A stretch of 34,576 nt of DNA, taken from Tubiluchus corallicola (Eukaryota; Animalia; Priapulida). Where the stretch lies: the NCBI GenBank assembly GCA_030141605.1, contig JAQGDQ010001566.1, forward strand, positions 1 through 34,576, written 5' to 3'. The notes below the pieces were generated by a model. The model was not told the DNA's origin. It saw only the letters and a list, made by a program, of their open reading frames with translations, and did not search any database. Position numbers and translations under genes: made by a program. Below are positions 1 to 11,304 of the stretch, in pieces; within the stretch, counting starts at the first letter, position 1, and each line of letters begins with the position of its first letter.

Positions 1-424
1 ATCACCAGAGCATGTCTTTTACAAGTACAGTTACGTAGCTTTAAGAAATCTAGATGTTTTTATCACCACAGCATGTCTTTTACAAGTACAGTTACGTAGC
101 TTTAAGAAATCAAAAGGTTTTTATCACCAGAGCATGTCTTTTACAAGTAGTGTTACGTAACTTTAAGAAATCAAAAGGTTTTTATTACCAGAGCATGTCT
201 TTTACAAGTACAGTTACGTAACTTTAAGAAATCTAGATGTTTTTATCACCAGAGCATGTCTTTTACAAGTACAGTTACGTAGCTTTAAGAAATCTAGATG
301 TTTTTATCACTAGAGCATGTCTTTTACAAGTACAGTTACGTAGCTTTAAGAAATCTAGATGTTTTTATCACTAGAGCATGTCTTTTACAAGTACAGTTAC
401 GTAGCTTTAAGAAATCTAGATGTT
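1..424 (+). repeat. 61-bp tandem satellite, ~7 copies (cut by window edge); left arm of foldback
   Basis: Unit ATCACCAGAGCATGTCTTTTACAAGTACAGTTACGTAGCTTTAAGAAATCTAGATGTTTTT restarts at 1, 62, 123 etc. Confidence 0.97.
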
Positions 425-890
425 TGGCTTCTGTTAAATACTTTATTAGTTGCATAATGTTCTTTTGGTTCCCCCTATATAAACTGGTCGTACGTTTGTA
501 AAATTTACCACTGATTACGACAGCAGTAGTCTGTCGAAAATTTTGACACGATTTTTTGATTATGTGAATTGGAAGTTTTAATAAAGTTGTGTTTTTGGCT
601 ATAAATGTTTTTAAGTGCCTGTAATGAAAAATATCCAAACATTTCTTCACGGAAATCGCATCTTTCATACCAACTTACAGACTATGATCAATTCTTATAA
701 TTTTTACCAATATTTATGCATTAATAATTGATCTTAGTGCTTTTATAAAGAGTTGGAAAATTGACACAAAATATCATGGTACATTATTTCACTTTAATTA
801 TTATTATTTTTTATCCTTTAATTCCATAAGTGACTTGGCTTCATAAATGATACATAAAGAAATGGTTATTCTTTTTCTTTAGAATTACCA

Positions 891-1111
<221 letters not shown>

Positions 1112-1232
1112 GAAATACAGAAATATATTCCTGAATTGTACAGGCTGAGCCAAAAGTAATACTACACTTTCAGACATTTATTGAACAGCATCACGGAGCT
1201 GTCATGATCGTAATAATTTTAAAATAATTATA

Positions 1233-1284
1233 CCAGCGTGAAAGCAGAAGACCCGGTTCGAGTCCAATGGTGGGAATTTTTTTT
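1233..1284 (+). other. tRNA-derived/SINE-head-like fragment (Pol III B box)
   Basis: GGTTCGAGTCC at 1255-1265 matches the B-box/T-loop consensus, preceded by an anticodon-arm-like CCAGCGTGAAAGCAG and followed by a T run (1277-1284). No A box or full cloverleaf. Confidence 0.4.
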
Positions 1285-1865
1285 GAAAATTTCTAATTTA
1301 GTATTGCTTTTATACGTTTGTGGGTTTCAGTTTTTCCAAATATACAGAACATGTTAAATTGGAATACAGAATAAAAATAAAAATATTACAAAACAAAAAC
1401 AAGATTCAAATCATTTATATTAAAATAATTAAAATAAAAGAGAAAAAGAAATAATTATAATTAAAATGAATAAAAAGAAATAATAATAAATAAAGTGAAA
1501 TAATGTACCATGATATTTTGTGTCAATTTTCCAACTCTTTATAAAAGCACTAAGATCAATTATCAATGCATAAATATTGGTAAAAATTATAAGAATTGAT
1601 CATAGTCTGTAAGATGGTATAAAAGATGCGATTTCCGTGAAAAAATTTTTGGACATTTTTCATTACAGGCACTTAAAAAACATTTATAGCCAAAAAACAC
1701 AACTTTATTAAAACTTCCAATTCACATAATGAAAAAATCGCGTCAAAATTTTCGACAGACTACTGCTGTCGTAATCAGTGGTAAATTTTACAAACGTACG
1801 ACCAGTTTATATAGGGGGAACCAAAAGACCATTATGCAACTAATAAAGTATTTAACAGAAGCCAA

Positions 1866-3255
1866 AACATTTTGATTTCTTAAAGCTACGTAACTGTACT
1901 TGTAAAAGACGCAGTGTGGTGATAAAAACATCTAGGTTTCTTAAAGCTACGTAACTGTACTTGTAAAAGACATGCTCTGGTGATAAAAACATTTTGATTT
2001 CTTAAAGCTACGTAACTGTACTTGTAAAAGACATGCTCTGGTGATAAAAACATTTTGATTTCTTAAAGCTACGTAACTGTACTTGTAAAAGACGCGCTCT
2101 GGTGATAAAAACATTTTGATTTCTTAAAGCTACGTAACTGTACTTGTAAAAGACGTGCTCTAGTGATAAAAACATTTTGATTTCTTAAAGCTACGTAACT
2201 GTACTTGTAAAAGACGCGCTCTGGTGATAAAAACATTTTGATTTCTTAAAGCTAGGTAACTGTACTTGTAAACGACATGCTCTGGTGATAAAAACATTTT
2301 GATTTCTTAAAGCTACGTAACTGCACTTGTAAAAAACGCGCTCTAGTGATAAAAAAATTTTGATTTCTTAAAGCTACGTAACTGTACTTGTAAAAGACGC
2401 GCTCTAGTGATAAAAAAATTTTGATTTCTTAAAGCTACGTAACTGTACTTGTAAAAGACGCGCTCTGGTGATAAAAACATTTTGATTTCTTAAAGCTACG
2501 TAACTGTACTTGTAAAAAACGCGCTCTAGTGATAAAAACATTTTGATTTCTTAAAGTTACGTAACTGTACTTGTAAAAGACGCGCTCTAGTGATAAAAAC
2601 ATCTTGATTTCTTAAAGCTACGTAACTGTACTTGTAAAAGGCATGCTCTGGTGATAAAAACATCTTGATTTCTTAAAGCTAGGTAACTGTACTTGTAAAA
2701 GACATGCTCTGGTGATAAAAACATTTTGATTTCTTAAAGCTAGGTAACTGTACTTGTAAAAGACATGCTCTGGTGATAAAAACATTTTGATTTCTTAAAG
2801 CTAGGTAACTGTACTTGTAAAAGACACGCTCTGGTGATAAAAACATCTAGATTTCTTAAAGCTAGGTAACTGTACTTGTAAAAGACATGCTCTGGTGATA
2901 AAAACATTTTGATTTCTTAAAGCTAGGTAACTGTACTTGTAAAAGACATGCTCTGGTGATAAAAACATTTTGATTTCTTAAAGCTAGGTAACTGTACTTG
3001 TAAAAGACACGCTCTGGTGATAAAAACATCTTGATTTCTTAAAGCTAGGTAACTGTACTTGTAAAAGACATGCTCTGGTGATAAAAACATTTTGATTTCT
3101 TAAAGCTAGGTAACTGTACTTGTAAAAGACATGCTCTGGTGATAAAAACATTTTGATTTCTTAAAGCTAGGTAACTGTACTTGTAAAAGACATGCTCTGG
3201 TGATAAAAACATTTTGATTTCTTAAAGCTACGTAACTGTACTTGTAAAAGACACG
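1866..3255 (-). repeat. 61-bp tandem satellite, ~23 copies; right arm of foldback
   Basis: Unit TTTTGATTTCTTAAAGCTACGTAACTGTACTTGTAAAAGACATGCTCTGGTGATAAAAACA is the reverse complement of the 1-424 unit. Confidence 0.97.
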
Positions 3256-4194
3256 TGTTTGTTACCTGGGCTCTCCCCCGCCCCAGTAGCAGGGGTAGCA
3301 GTCACTGTGAGTTCACACGTTCTGAACAATAACCTGCAATCCACCTACTGAGCCTCATTCATCAGTCCCAGGTGTGTTACCTGCGCTTACCTGCGCTGAT
3401 TACAGGTACTGAATGAAGTGTGAACCTCATTATATAACAATTATACAGCAGGGGCATGTCCACAACAAGGGGCTTGACGACAAATCATCTTGTTGTTGTA
3501 ACAATGTTTAATTTGCTGCCAAGAATTAAGTCTGTGAGCGCAGTTTTTGCGTTAATTACCACGATAGGCAATATTGCCACTTTTGCCAACTCTTAACTCT
3601 CATTTTGCATTTCTTTTTAAAACAGAGGGTTGGGAGGTCGCGGTGGTAATTAGTACTTATTTTAGAAATAGATACGCCTCGAGTATGAGCTCTTGTATGT
3701 ATCTAAATTGTTTCCAGTGAAATGTATACAAGTTGTAATTGCTTCGTTTGTAGTGTTACTTCGTGGGAACAAATTGTAGTTTGATAATGGGTTGTCGCTG
3801 TCGCTGTAGCTGTGGCTGTCGTTGCTATTGATTATGTCATAATGGCGAAGGCCATTTTCGCTGTTTGTCACGCATTTGTGCATATCATTTTCATACTAGG
3901 ATCCAGCAGTCAATGGCTGAATGTTTAAAATGTATGTGGAGTGTAGTTTGAAGGGGAACTGAAATCTAGCTCATTACCAAAGAAAATTTTCTAATATGAG
4001 GCACTGCCCCAACAGAGGTGTCTTCGTTGAAATTGAATACAGTGATTTTTCGTCCAGATAAATTGCTGGAGACACGAAGCAGTTTTTGTGGTGCTCACCT
4101 ATTCATTTACTAATTGGGCACAACATTGCTTAACTTCTCAGTCATGCACACATTGTTCCGTGCGTCACTGTAGTGCTTCTGCCACAAAGGCTAT

Positions 4195-4335
4195 CCAAGT
4201 TGTTGTCCTTGTTGTCGTAGTAAGTGGTAGTAGTAGTCGTCGTCGTAGTAAGTAGTTGTTGTTGTTGTCGTTGTCGTTGTCCTTGTTGTTGTCGTTGTTG
4301 TTGCTGTTGCCGTTGTCGTTGTCGTTGTCGTTGTT

Positions 4336-4366
<31 letters not shown>

Positions 4367-4745
4367 TTGCTCTTGTTGTTGTTGTTGCGGTCGTTGCTAT
4401 TGTTGTCATTGCTGCTGCTGCTGTTGTTGCGTTTGTTATTGCTGCTGTTGCTGCTGCTGTTGTTCTTGTTCTTGTTGTTGCTGCTGCTGGTGGTGGTTGT
4501 GCTGTTGCTGCTGTTATTGTGTTTGTTGTTGCTGCTGTTGCTGCTGCTGTTGTTCTTGTTGCTGCTGCTGGTGGTGCTGTTGCTGCTGTTATTGTGTTTG
4601 TTGTTGATGCTGTTGCTGCTACTGTTGTTCTTGTTGTTGTTGCTGGTGGTGGTGGTGTTGTTGCTGCTGTTTTTGTGTTTGCTGTTGCTGCTGTTGCTGC
4701 TGCTGTTGTTCTTGTTGCTGTTGCTGTTGTTGTTGTTGTTGTTGA
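4195..4745. repeat. Compound trinucleotide microsatellite (GTT/GTC/GCT/GGT) with a loose higher-order unit
   Basis: Directly visible; TTGTGTTTG...GTTCTTGTT...GGTGGT blocks recur about four times. Confidence 0.95.
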
Positions 4746-5112
4746 TTGGACAGTTATCCATATTTCTATAGCTTGTTTGAAAGAAACTAGAATAAAATGT
4801 GTACCACGAACCAGAGCTGTGCATTTTGTTGCTTTATCAAACATCGTATAATTATTTTGCCAAAACTGTTTGCATTAGTAGCAAGCTAAGATAAAATATA
4901 ATAAAATATACAGCCTTTTAGTACTATACTACTTTTAGGACGTAAGATAGCAGAAATTGAAATAATAAAGCTAAACTTAGTAGATACTAAACTAAGGTAT
5001 GGCATAGCAGTATTTTTTCATATAAATTTTCCATGATTTAGATCAATTATTTAAAAATCTGTCGTGTTTTTATCTTAGCTTAGTTCACTATTCACTAAAA
5101 GTTTAAACCATA

Positions 5113-5733
5113 TTAAAAGAAGACGGAATGATTTTTCATATACTACCTCATTTTCAAGTTCGTATATAAAAAGTATACATTTTAACACAATTAATGCTGC
5201 AAAAGCGTTTCTGATAATTAAATAATAAATTAAAATCTTAATTAACGGCGGGCGAACCCAAGTATTGATGACATCACAAACTAACATAATTTTCACCAGC
5301 AAAAATATTCCACGAGCGTGCTGCACGTGTTTGCGAAAGCGAAAATTGAAGTACAGTGCTACTGTAAAATATTCGGTGTGTTGTGCTAAAACTAGGCAAG
5401 TTTTAAGATAAAAATTTAAAATTTACAGATTTACGCATGAGGTGTGTAACGTGTGCAGTTCGTCACAACTAACACATCTGTTACTGATAGGTACAGCACC
5501 TGTTTTTTATGTAATGCATATTCCAAATGCAGGCGTTAGTGCCTGTCCAACTAGCAAATGGCGAAATACATGTAACAGTGGAGAACTAGTGACGCGAACG
5601 TGAAATTGTGTTTGTGTGGTAATAATTCTTTCACGTAAGTCACTTTTGAAACAAATAGCATGTTTCCTTTCAATATTTTAAAGAATAGAATGTTTTGACC
5701 TACAGTTTAAGATTGGGTCCGATTTTGCTTTAA
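5113..5733 (+). mobile_element. Non-autonomous Kolobok-like DNA transposon, family A copy 1
   Basis: TTAA at both ends, imperfect TIR (TTAAAAGAAGACGGAATG ... GTCCGATTTTGCTTTAA), body homologous to 15092-15654, 16784-17456 and 19642-20194. TTAA TSD with 5'-RR..YY-3' termini is the Kolobok signature. Confidence 0.8.
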
Positions 5734-6228
5734 GGTTTAGAAGTCTGTCACTAAATTTAATTCTATTTTATTTTCGCTTACACACTACAAAATCAGCTAT
5801 GCCAAAATAGTTTTTAATAAAACAGTACTTACCAACAAACTATCTCAGGTTGGTGATATCATACATACTTTGTTCTAATATGACCTTTTCGACTTTGGCT
5901 AAACGGCCAATTAGATGTAACAGTTCTTACCTGGTGACCTTAGTTTATACCTGACTGTCCTATTATGCCAACTGGCTAAATTAGGACAAGCATTTGCCGT
6001 GTTTTGAATCTTTTCAGACAACAATGTTGAAAATTATCAGACCATTAACCAAAATTGTCCAGTAATTGAGTCGAACATATGAAATGGTAGCCATATTAGT
6101 TGATAACAGTTGAATATGGTGGTGATTACAGGGCTGTAAATGCAATGCAAGCTTCATATTTTACCTGCATGTACAGAGTGACATGCGTAGTACGTGAGAG
6201 TCTGTGGTAGATAGACGTAAATTTTCCC

Positions 6229-6878
6229 GGCTGTAAGTCAAAGGACCACCGAACAAAGGTCCACTGAACAAAGGACCCTTTGCACAAAGAATCACTGAAG
6301 AACGGACCACATTTGGCACTTTAAAAATGGTCAAAAAGGACCACGAGTTAGGCGGGTGGACAAAGGTTCAACGGTCAAAGGACCACCAGACAAAGTACCA
6401 CGGACAAAGGTCCACTGGACAAAGGACCATAGAAAAAAAGACCACCGGTCAAGGAAAGCCCAGACAAAGTACCACCGGACAAAAGTCCACTGGACAAAGG
6501 GTCACCAGTGTTTGTGTTGATAGCAGTTCTAGTGAAATTGCAACTTTGACTTATTGTTGATATTTTATTTAATAAAGCGTGATTGATGGTGATAATATTA
6601 ATGACTGATAAATGTCTTATACACGTGTACTTGCTTCATCTTGTTTTTATTTTAGAGCACATAGCTTTGTAAAAAAAGCAAAAATGCGGTTCTTTGCCCG
6701 GTGGTCCTTACTCTCGTGGTTCTTTGTCCGTCATCCTTTGACTGGTGGTCCTTTGACCAGTCTTAATTTTTGTTCAGTGATCTTTTGTCCGTGGTAATCC
6801 TGTGTCCAGTGGCCCTTTGACCGCGGTGGTCCTTTGCCCTGTGGTCCTTCGTCCGGTGGTCCTTTGTTGGCCTCTTCC
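6229..6878. mobile_element. MITE/foldback-like element with inverted arrays of a ~15-bp subrepeat
   Basis: CAAAGGACCACCGGA-like units at 6239-6508 and their reverse complement GGTGGTCCTTTG at 6690-6866 around an AT-rich core. No clear TSD. Confidence 0.65.
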
Positions 6879-8141
6879 TAGTTGGCCTTTGTAAGGAGGT
6901 GGAGTGGTCACAAGATCGACAGGTGGGAGGGCTGATTGGAAGCACTAAAAATAAAATTGTGGCCGAGGGGAGGGTACAAAGGGCAGAGTTTGTTAAAAGG
7001 GTTTAATATCATCCAGTAAAGATCTGTCATATTGGAGTTTTTGGCAAACCATAAATCATTTTTATTATAATAAAGGAAGATTCGTATAATATCTAATATC
7101 ATTTATAATACCATTGTGTACGCCGAAATAGTGAATTAGTAACCCCTTTTTCGCCCCCTCTTTTCTCCCCAACCTTGAGCTAATCTGTGCATCATTTTTC
7201 AAAAAAAGATAGTATTATGTTCAGGTAGACAATGATAATTACAGGTAAAAGAAACAGGTGAACAAAAGACCACCTGTAATTTACTAACACAGACGCATTA
7301 TAATGGTATGCAGTGTTGAAAGCTTAATGCCAGGTTTTAAATAATAATTCTAGTTTCATTCTCTTCTGAAAATCTGCAATAATAAAAGGAAATTATGGAC
7401 GTTTATGTTAAAAAATGGTTACGTGTATTTGCAGCTGCGCGGAGGGATACAATGTAGTGCGTGCAACTGTTAAATGGTTGTGAAACAGATTATCTAACCT
7501 CGTTATACGTATTTAATATTTGTGATGCTGATAGATAATTTCTGAGCAAGAAGTTCTTAATAATTATAACAAAACAGCTAAAAAAGGAGTTTTTTCATTC
7601 GTGATTTTAGTTCATTTTAGATTGGCACACGGGTGATTTTACCTGGCTAAAAATTTTAATTTTATATTGGGTACTTGTTATAATAAAAACTGCCACGAAG
7701 TAAAGTTTGCAATGTGGCCAATTGCAATTCACTTTCAAGATACACATAAACTTCTTGTTGTTTTAAATACTGTTGATCTACTTAAGTTGAACGTGTGTCA
7801 GCCATTTATTTCAAATACTATGATAGTAACTTTTAAATTAGCGTCCATACAGCCTAAAAGTTGTGCAACGCAGTGTGTGTTTTTTTAAATTTAACATAAA
7901 AGAGTGAAAGGGTTAGAGAGCTCGTTACTTGCAGCCCATCCTAGTACTTGATGCTAAAATGATAGTGAATTTTTTTTCTAAAAATTTTTTCAAATAAAAT
8001 TTATTACCGAGCAGTTTTGAAGCAAACTAGCCAAATTGTGATAATCAAGTTTTTTCGGAAAAATGATTAAATTTCTAATAAAATTTATCGTTGACCGATT
8101 TTGAAACAAAACTGTTCATTATCAAAACATCTACAGCAAAG

Positions 8142-8773
8142 TTGTTATTGAAAATTTTCAATAATAAATTCCAAATCTTTTAAAATCTATACAAGCTCAC
8201 ACTTTCCATGGCACCGACTACATTAAGTATTAGAAATTTAGATTTGTTCATATTTGGGAAATAAATGTTCGTAACTTCTGCAAAATATGGTTGCAGAACG
8301 GTTTCGAACAAAACTGTTCATTATCAAAACATCTACAGCAAAGAAATTTACCAGAATTTAGAAACAACATCGAGTGTTTTTACTGAATGTTCCGATAATA
8401 AGATAGTTCTTCGTTTTCTCTTAAAATCTTGTTCGTGGATTGTTCATACCAATCAAGGCATTTAGTCCGTAAGGTAAATTGATAAATTGATACATATATT
8501 ATATCGTTCATCGTTAGGGCTATACTACTGAATCGTATTTCGATGTTGTTTCCAAGTTCTGGTAAGTTTCTTTGTTTTAGATGCCTTGATAATGAACAGT
8601 TTTGTTCGAAACCAGTCGGCAATCATATTTTGCAGAAGTTACGAACATTTATTTCCCCAAATATGAATAAATCTAAATTTCCAATAATGAATGTAGTCGG
8701 TGCCATGGAAAGTGTGAGTTTGTATAGATTTTAAAAGATACGGAGTTTATTATTGAGAATTTTCCGTAACAAT
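8142..8773. repeat. Inverted repeat with ~230-bp arms (MITE-like, dispersed family)
   Basis: 8142-8373 is the reverse complement of 8540-8773 (e.g. CACACTTTCCATGGCACCGACTACATT / AATGTAGTCGGTGCCATGGAAAGTGTG). A related fragment lies at ~33880-33990. Confidence 0.85.
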
Positions 8774-9229
8774 TTCTATAGAATTTTCTAGATTGTAGTT
8801 TTGTCACGCCCTCCTTTGGCGATTTAAATTCGCTTTTTGTTGTTTTTCGTTTAAGAAGTTCAACGTCCTTTAAAAATGGAAGAAATCATTAATTTCTAAC
8901 TGTATAATTTAGTTTGATACCTGCTGTGACGTAAGAAAGACGTTTCGATGACGTAACAATGCCCCCGTCGTGACGCAACAAAAGAGGTCTTGTTATGTTA
9001 TAAATTCCAAAACACAAATTACAGAGTCCTTGCTAATACAATGTGCATACAATCATATAATAAAAATGTATTAATCTATAGAGGAGGTCTCGTTCACACA
9101 TAGTTTTGCAAAATATTTTTTTTATTTTAGCACATAGTGGTTCAGAATGATTCCATTTTTTTAATTCGTGCGTTTGCTGTGTATTGTTAAGGTTCGAAAG
9201 CGGAGGCTTTATTATTTTATAATGATATC

Positions 9230-9845
9230 AGAGAGAAAGGAATTGAGAGAGCATGCGAGAGAGAGAGAGAGAGGAGTTGAGGGCAAAAAAGAAAGTGATG
9301 GAGAGAGAGGAGTTGAGAGGAAAAAAGAAGGTGATGGAGAGAGAGGAGTTGAGAGGAAAAAGAAAGTGAGGGAGAGAGAGGAGTTGAGAGAAAAAAAGAA
9401 GTTGATGGAGAGAGAGGAGTTGAGAGAAAAAGAAAGTGAGGGAGAGAGAGGAGTTGAGAGGAAAAAAGTGAGGGAGAACGGGGGGGTTGAGAGGAAAAAA
9501 GTGAGGGTGAGAGAGGAGTTGAGAGGAAAAAAGTGAGGGAGAGAGAGGAGTTGAGAGGGAAAAAAAGGTGAGAGAGAGAGAGGAGTTGAGAGAAAAAAGA
9601 AAGTAAGGGAGAGAGAGGAGTTGAGAGGAAAAAAGAAAGTGAGGGAGAGAGAGGAGTTGAGAGGAAAAAAAGTAAGGGAGAGAGATGAGTTGAGAGGAAA
9701 AAAGAAAGTGAGGAAGAGAGAGGAGTTGAGAGGAAAAGAGAGTGAGGGAGAGAGAGGAGTTGAGAGAAAAAAAGAAGGTGAGGAAGAGAGAGGAGTTGAG
9801 AGGAAAAAAGAAAGTGAGGAAGAGAGAGGAGTTGAGAGGAAAAAA

Positions 9846-9932
<87 letters not shown>

Positions 9933-10005
9933 AAGAGACACGATAAAGAAAAAGAGAGGGAGAGAGAGAGGATGTCCAAAAGAGATTGAGAGGGAGGGAG
10001 ATAGA
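9230..10005 (+). repeat. Polypurine minisatellite (~32-36 bp unit) grading into pure (GA)n
   Basis: GAGAGAGAGGAGTTGAGAGGAAAAAAGAAAGTGAGG-like units 9260-9850; (GA)n ~9849-9928. Confidence 0.95.
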
Positions 10006-10029
10006 AAATGATAATGTTAACAGATCATA

Positions 10030-10237
10030 TTATACTGTATAGTATAGTATTGTACTGTATTGTATTGCACTGTATTGTCTTATTGTATTGTAGTGTAGTG
10101 TATAGTATTGTATCGTGTTGTATTGTATTGTGTTGTATTGTATTGTATTGTATTGTATCGTGTTGTATTGTATTGTATTGTATTGTGTTGTATTGTATTG
10201 TATTGTATTGTGTTGTATTGTATTATATTGTATTGTA
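10030..10237. repeat. (TATTG)n pentanucleotide repeat
   Basis: Directly visible. Confidence 0.95.
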
Positions 10238-10389
10238 TGGCCAAAGTAACACTTGGCTAAGCTAGGCGAGACCAGTCAATACAATTCCAAGGCAATAATC
10301 TCAACACCTTGTTTCATTTTTCTTTCATTAACTTCTTCGCCACTCATTGTATTTTTGTAGTTTTAAATCAACATGGAACGCATCATAAC

Positions 10390-10746
10390 CAAGTTGTCCC
10401 ACGTACCCAGTCTCACACCCGCCAAGTTGTCCCACGTACCCAGTCTCACACCCGCCAAGTTGTCCCACGTACCCAGTCTCACACCCGCCAAGTTGTCCCA
10501 CGTACCCAGTCTCACACCCGCCAAGTTGTCCCACGTACCCAGTCTCACACCCGCCAAGTTGTCCCACGTACCCAGTCTCACACCCGCCAAGTTGTCCCAC
10601 GTACCCAGTCTCACACCCGCCAAGTTGTCCCACGTACCCAGTCTCACACCCGCCAAGTTGTCCCACGTACCCAGTCTCACACCCGCCAAGTTGTCCCACG
10701 TACCCAGTCTCACACCCGCCAAGTTGTCCCACGTACCCACACCCGC
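10390..10746. repeat. 33-bp GC-rich minisatellite, 10 identical copies + 1 internally deleted copy
   Basis: Unit CAAGTTGTCCCACGTACCCAGTCTCACACCCGC. Confidence 0.98.
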
Positions 10747-10858
10747 TATTCAACAAACAAGTTACATAATTTATACTTATGCACTTATATACTTGTACTT
10801 ATTATAAATGTACGTATGATTGTAATGTTTCTTATCAAACAGAAATGTTGTGTTTGAT

Positions 10859-11271
10859 AAACTAAGACACGACAAATAATTATATTTGTGTGAAATATAT
10901 AAATGCAGAAGCTTATATTTCAGCTCAAACAAAAATATTGTTCAAACTAAGACACGACAAATAATTATGTATGTATGAAATATATAAATGCAGAAGCTTG
11001 TTTTTTTAGCTCAAACAAAAAATATTGTTTAAACTAAGACACGACAAATAATTATATATATTTGAAATATATAAATGCAGAAGCTTATTTTTCAGTTCAA
11101 ACAAAAATATTGTTCAAACTAAGACACGACAAATAATTATGTATATTTGAAATATATAAATGCAGAAGCTTGTTTTTTAGCTCAAACAAAAATATTGTTT
11201 AAACTAAGACACGACAAATAATTATATATATTTGAAATATATAAGTGCAGAAGCTTATTTTTAGCTCAAAC
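10859..11271. repeat. ~85-bp minisatellite, 5 copies, alternating A/B variants
   Basis: AAACTAAGACACGACAAATAATTAT starts at 10859, 10944, 11031, 11116, 11201. Confidence 0.95.
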
Positions 11272-11272
11272 T

Positions 11273-11304
11273 TTAACTGAGCCATCAACTTTTTTTTCTT
11301 TCAG
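11273..11304 (+). other. 3' splice acceptor (branch-point-like TTAAC, polypyrimidine tract, CAG)
   Basis: TTAACTGAGCCATCAACTTTTTTTTCTTTCAG|TATCTCGACTGATGGGT; a phase-1 junction gives x-S-R-L-M-G, matching the ISRFMG that starts the homeobox exon of vertebrate NKX2-1. Confidence 0.9.

Noticed and set aside
4165-4851. Poly-N/T/C/L/V ORFs (mucin- or metallothionein-like)
   Set aside because: Open in five frames because of a trinucleotide microsatellite; no non-repetitive domain.
9168-10265. ER-rich, SL-rich and CIVLY ORFs
   Set aside because: Products of GA-rich and TATTG repeats.
10309-10857. Repeat proteins (QVVPRTQSHTR)n, (GYVGQLGGCET)n etc. as peptide precursors
   Set aside because: Units are identical at the DNA level with no synonymous variation, several frames are equally open, and no processing sites support one frame.
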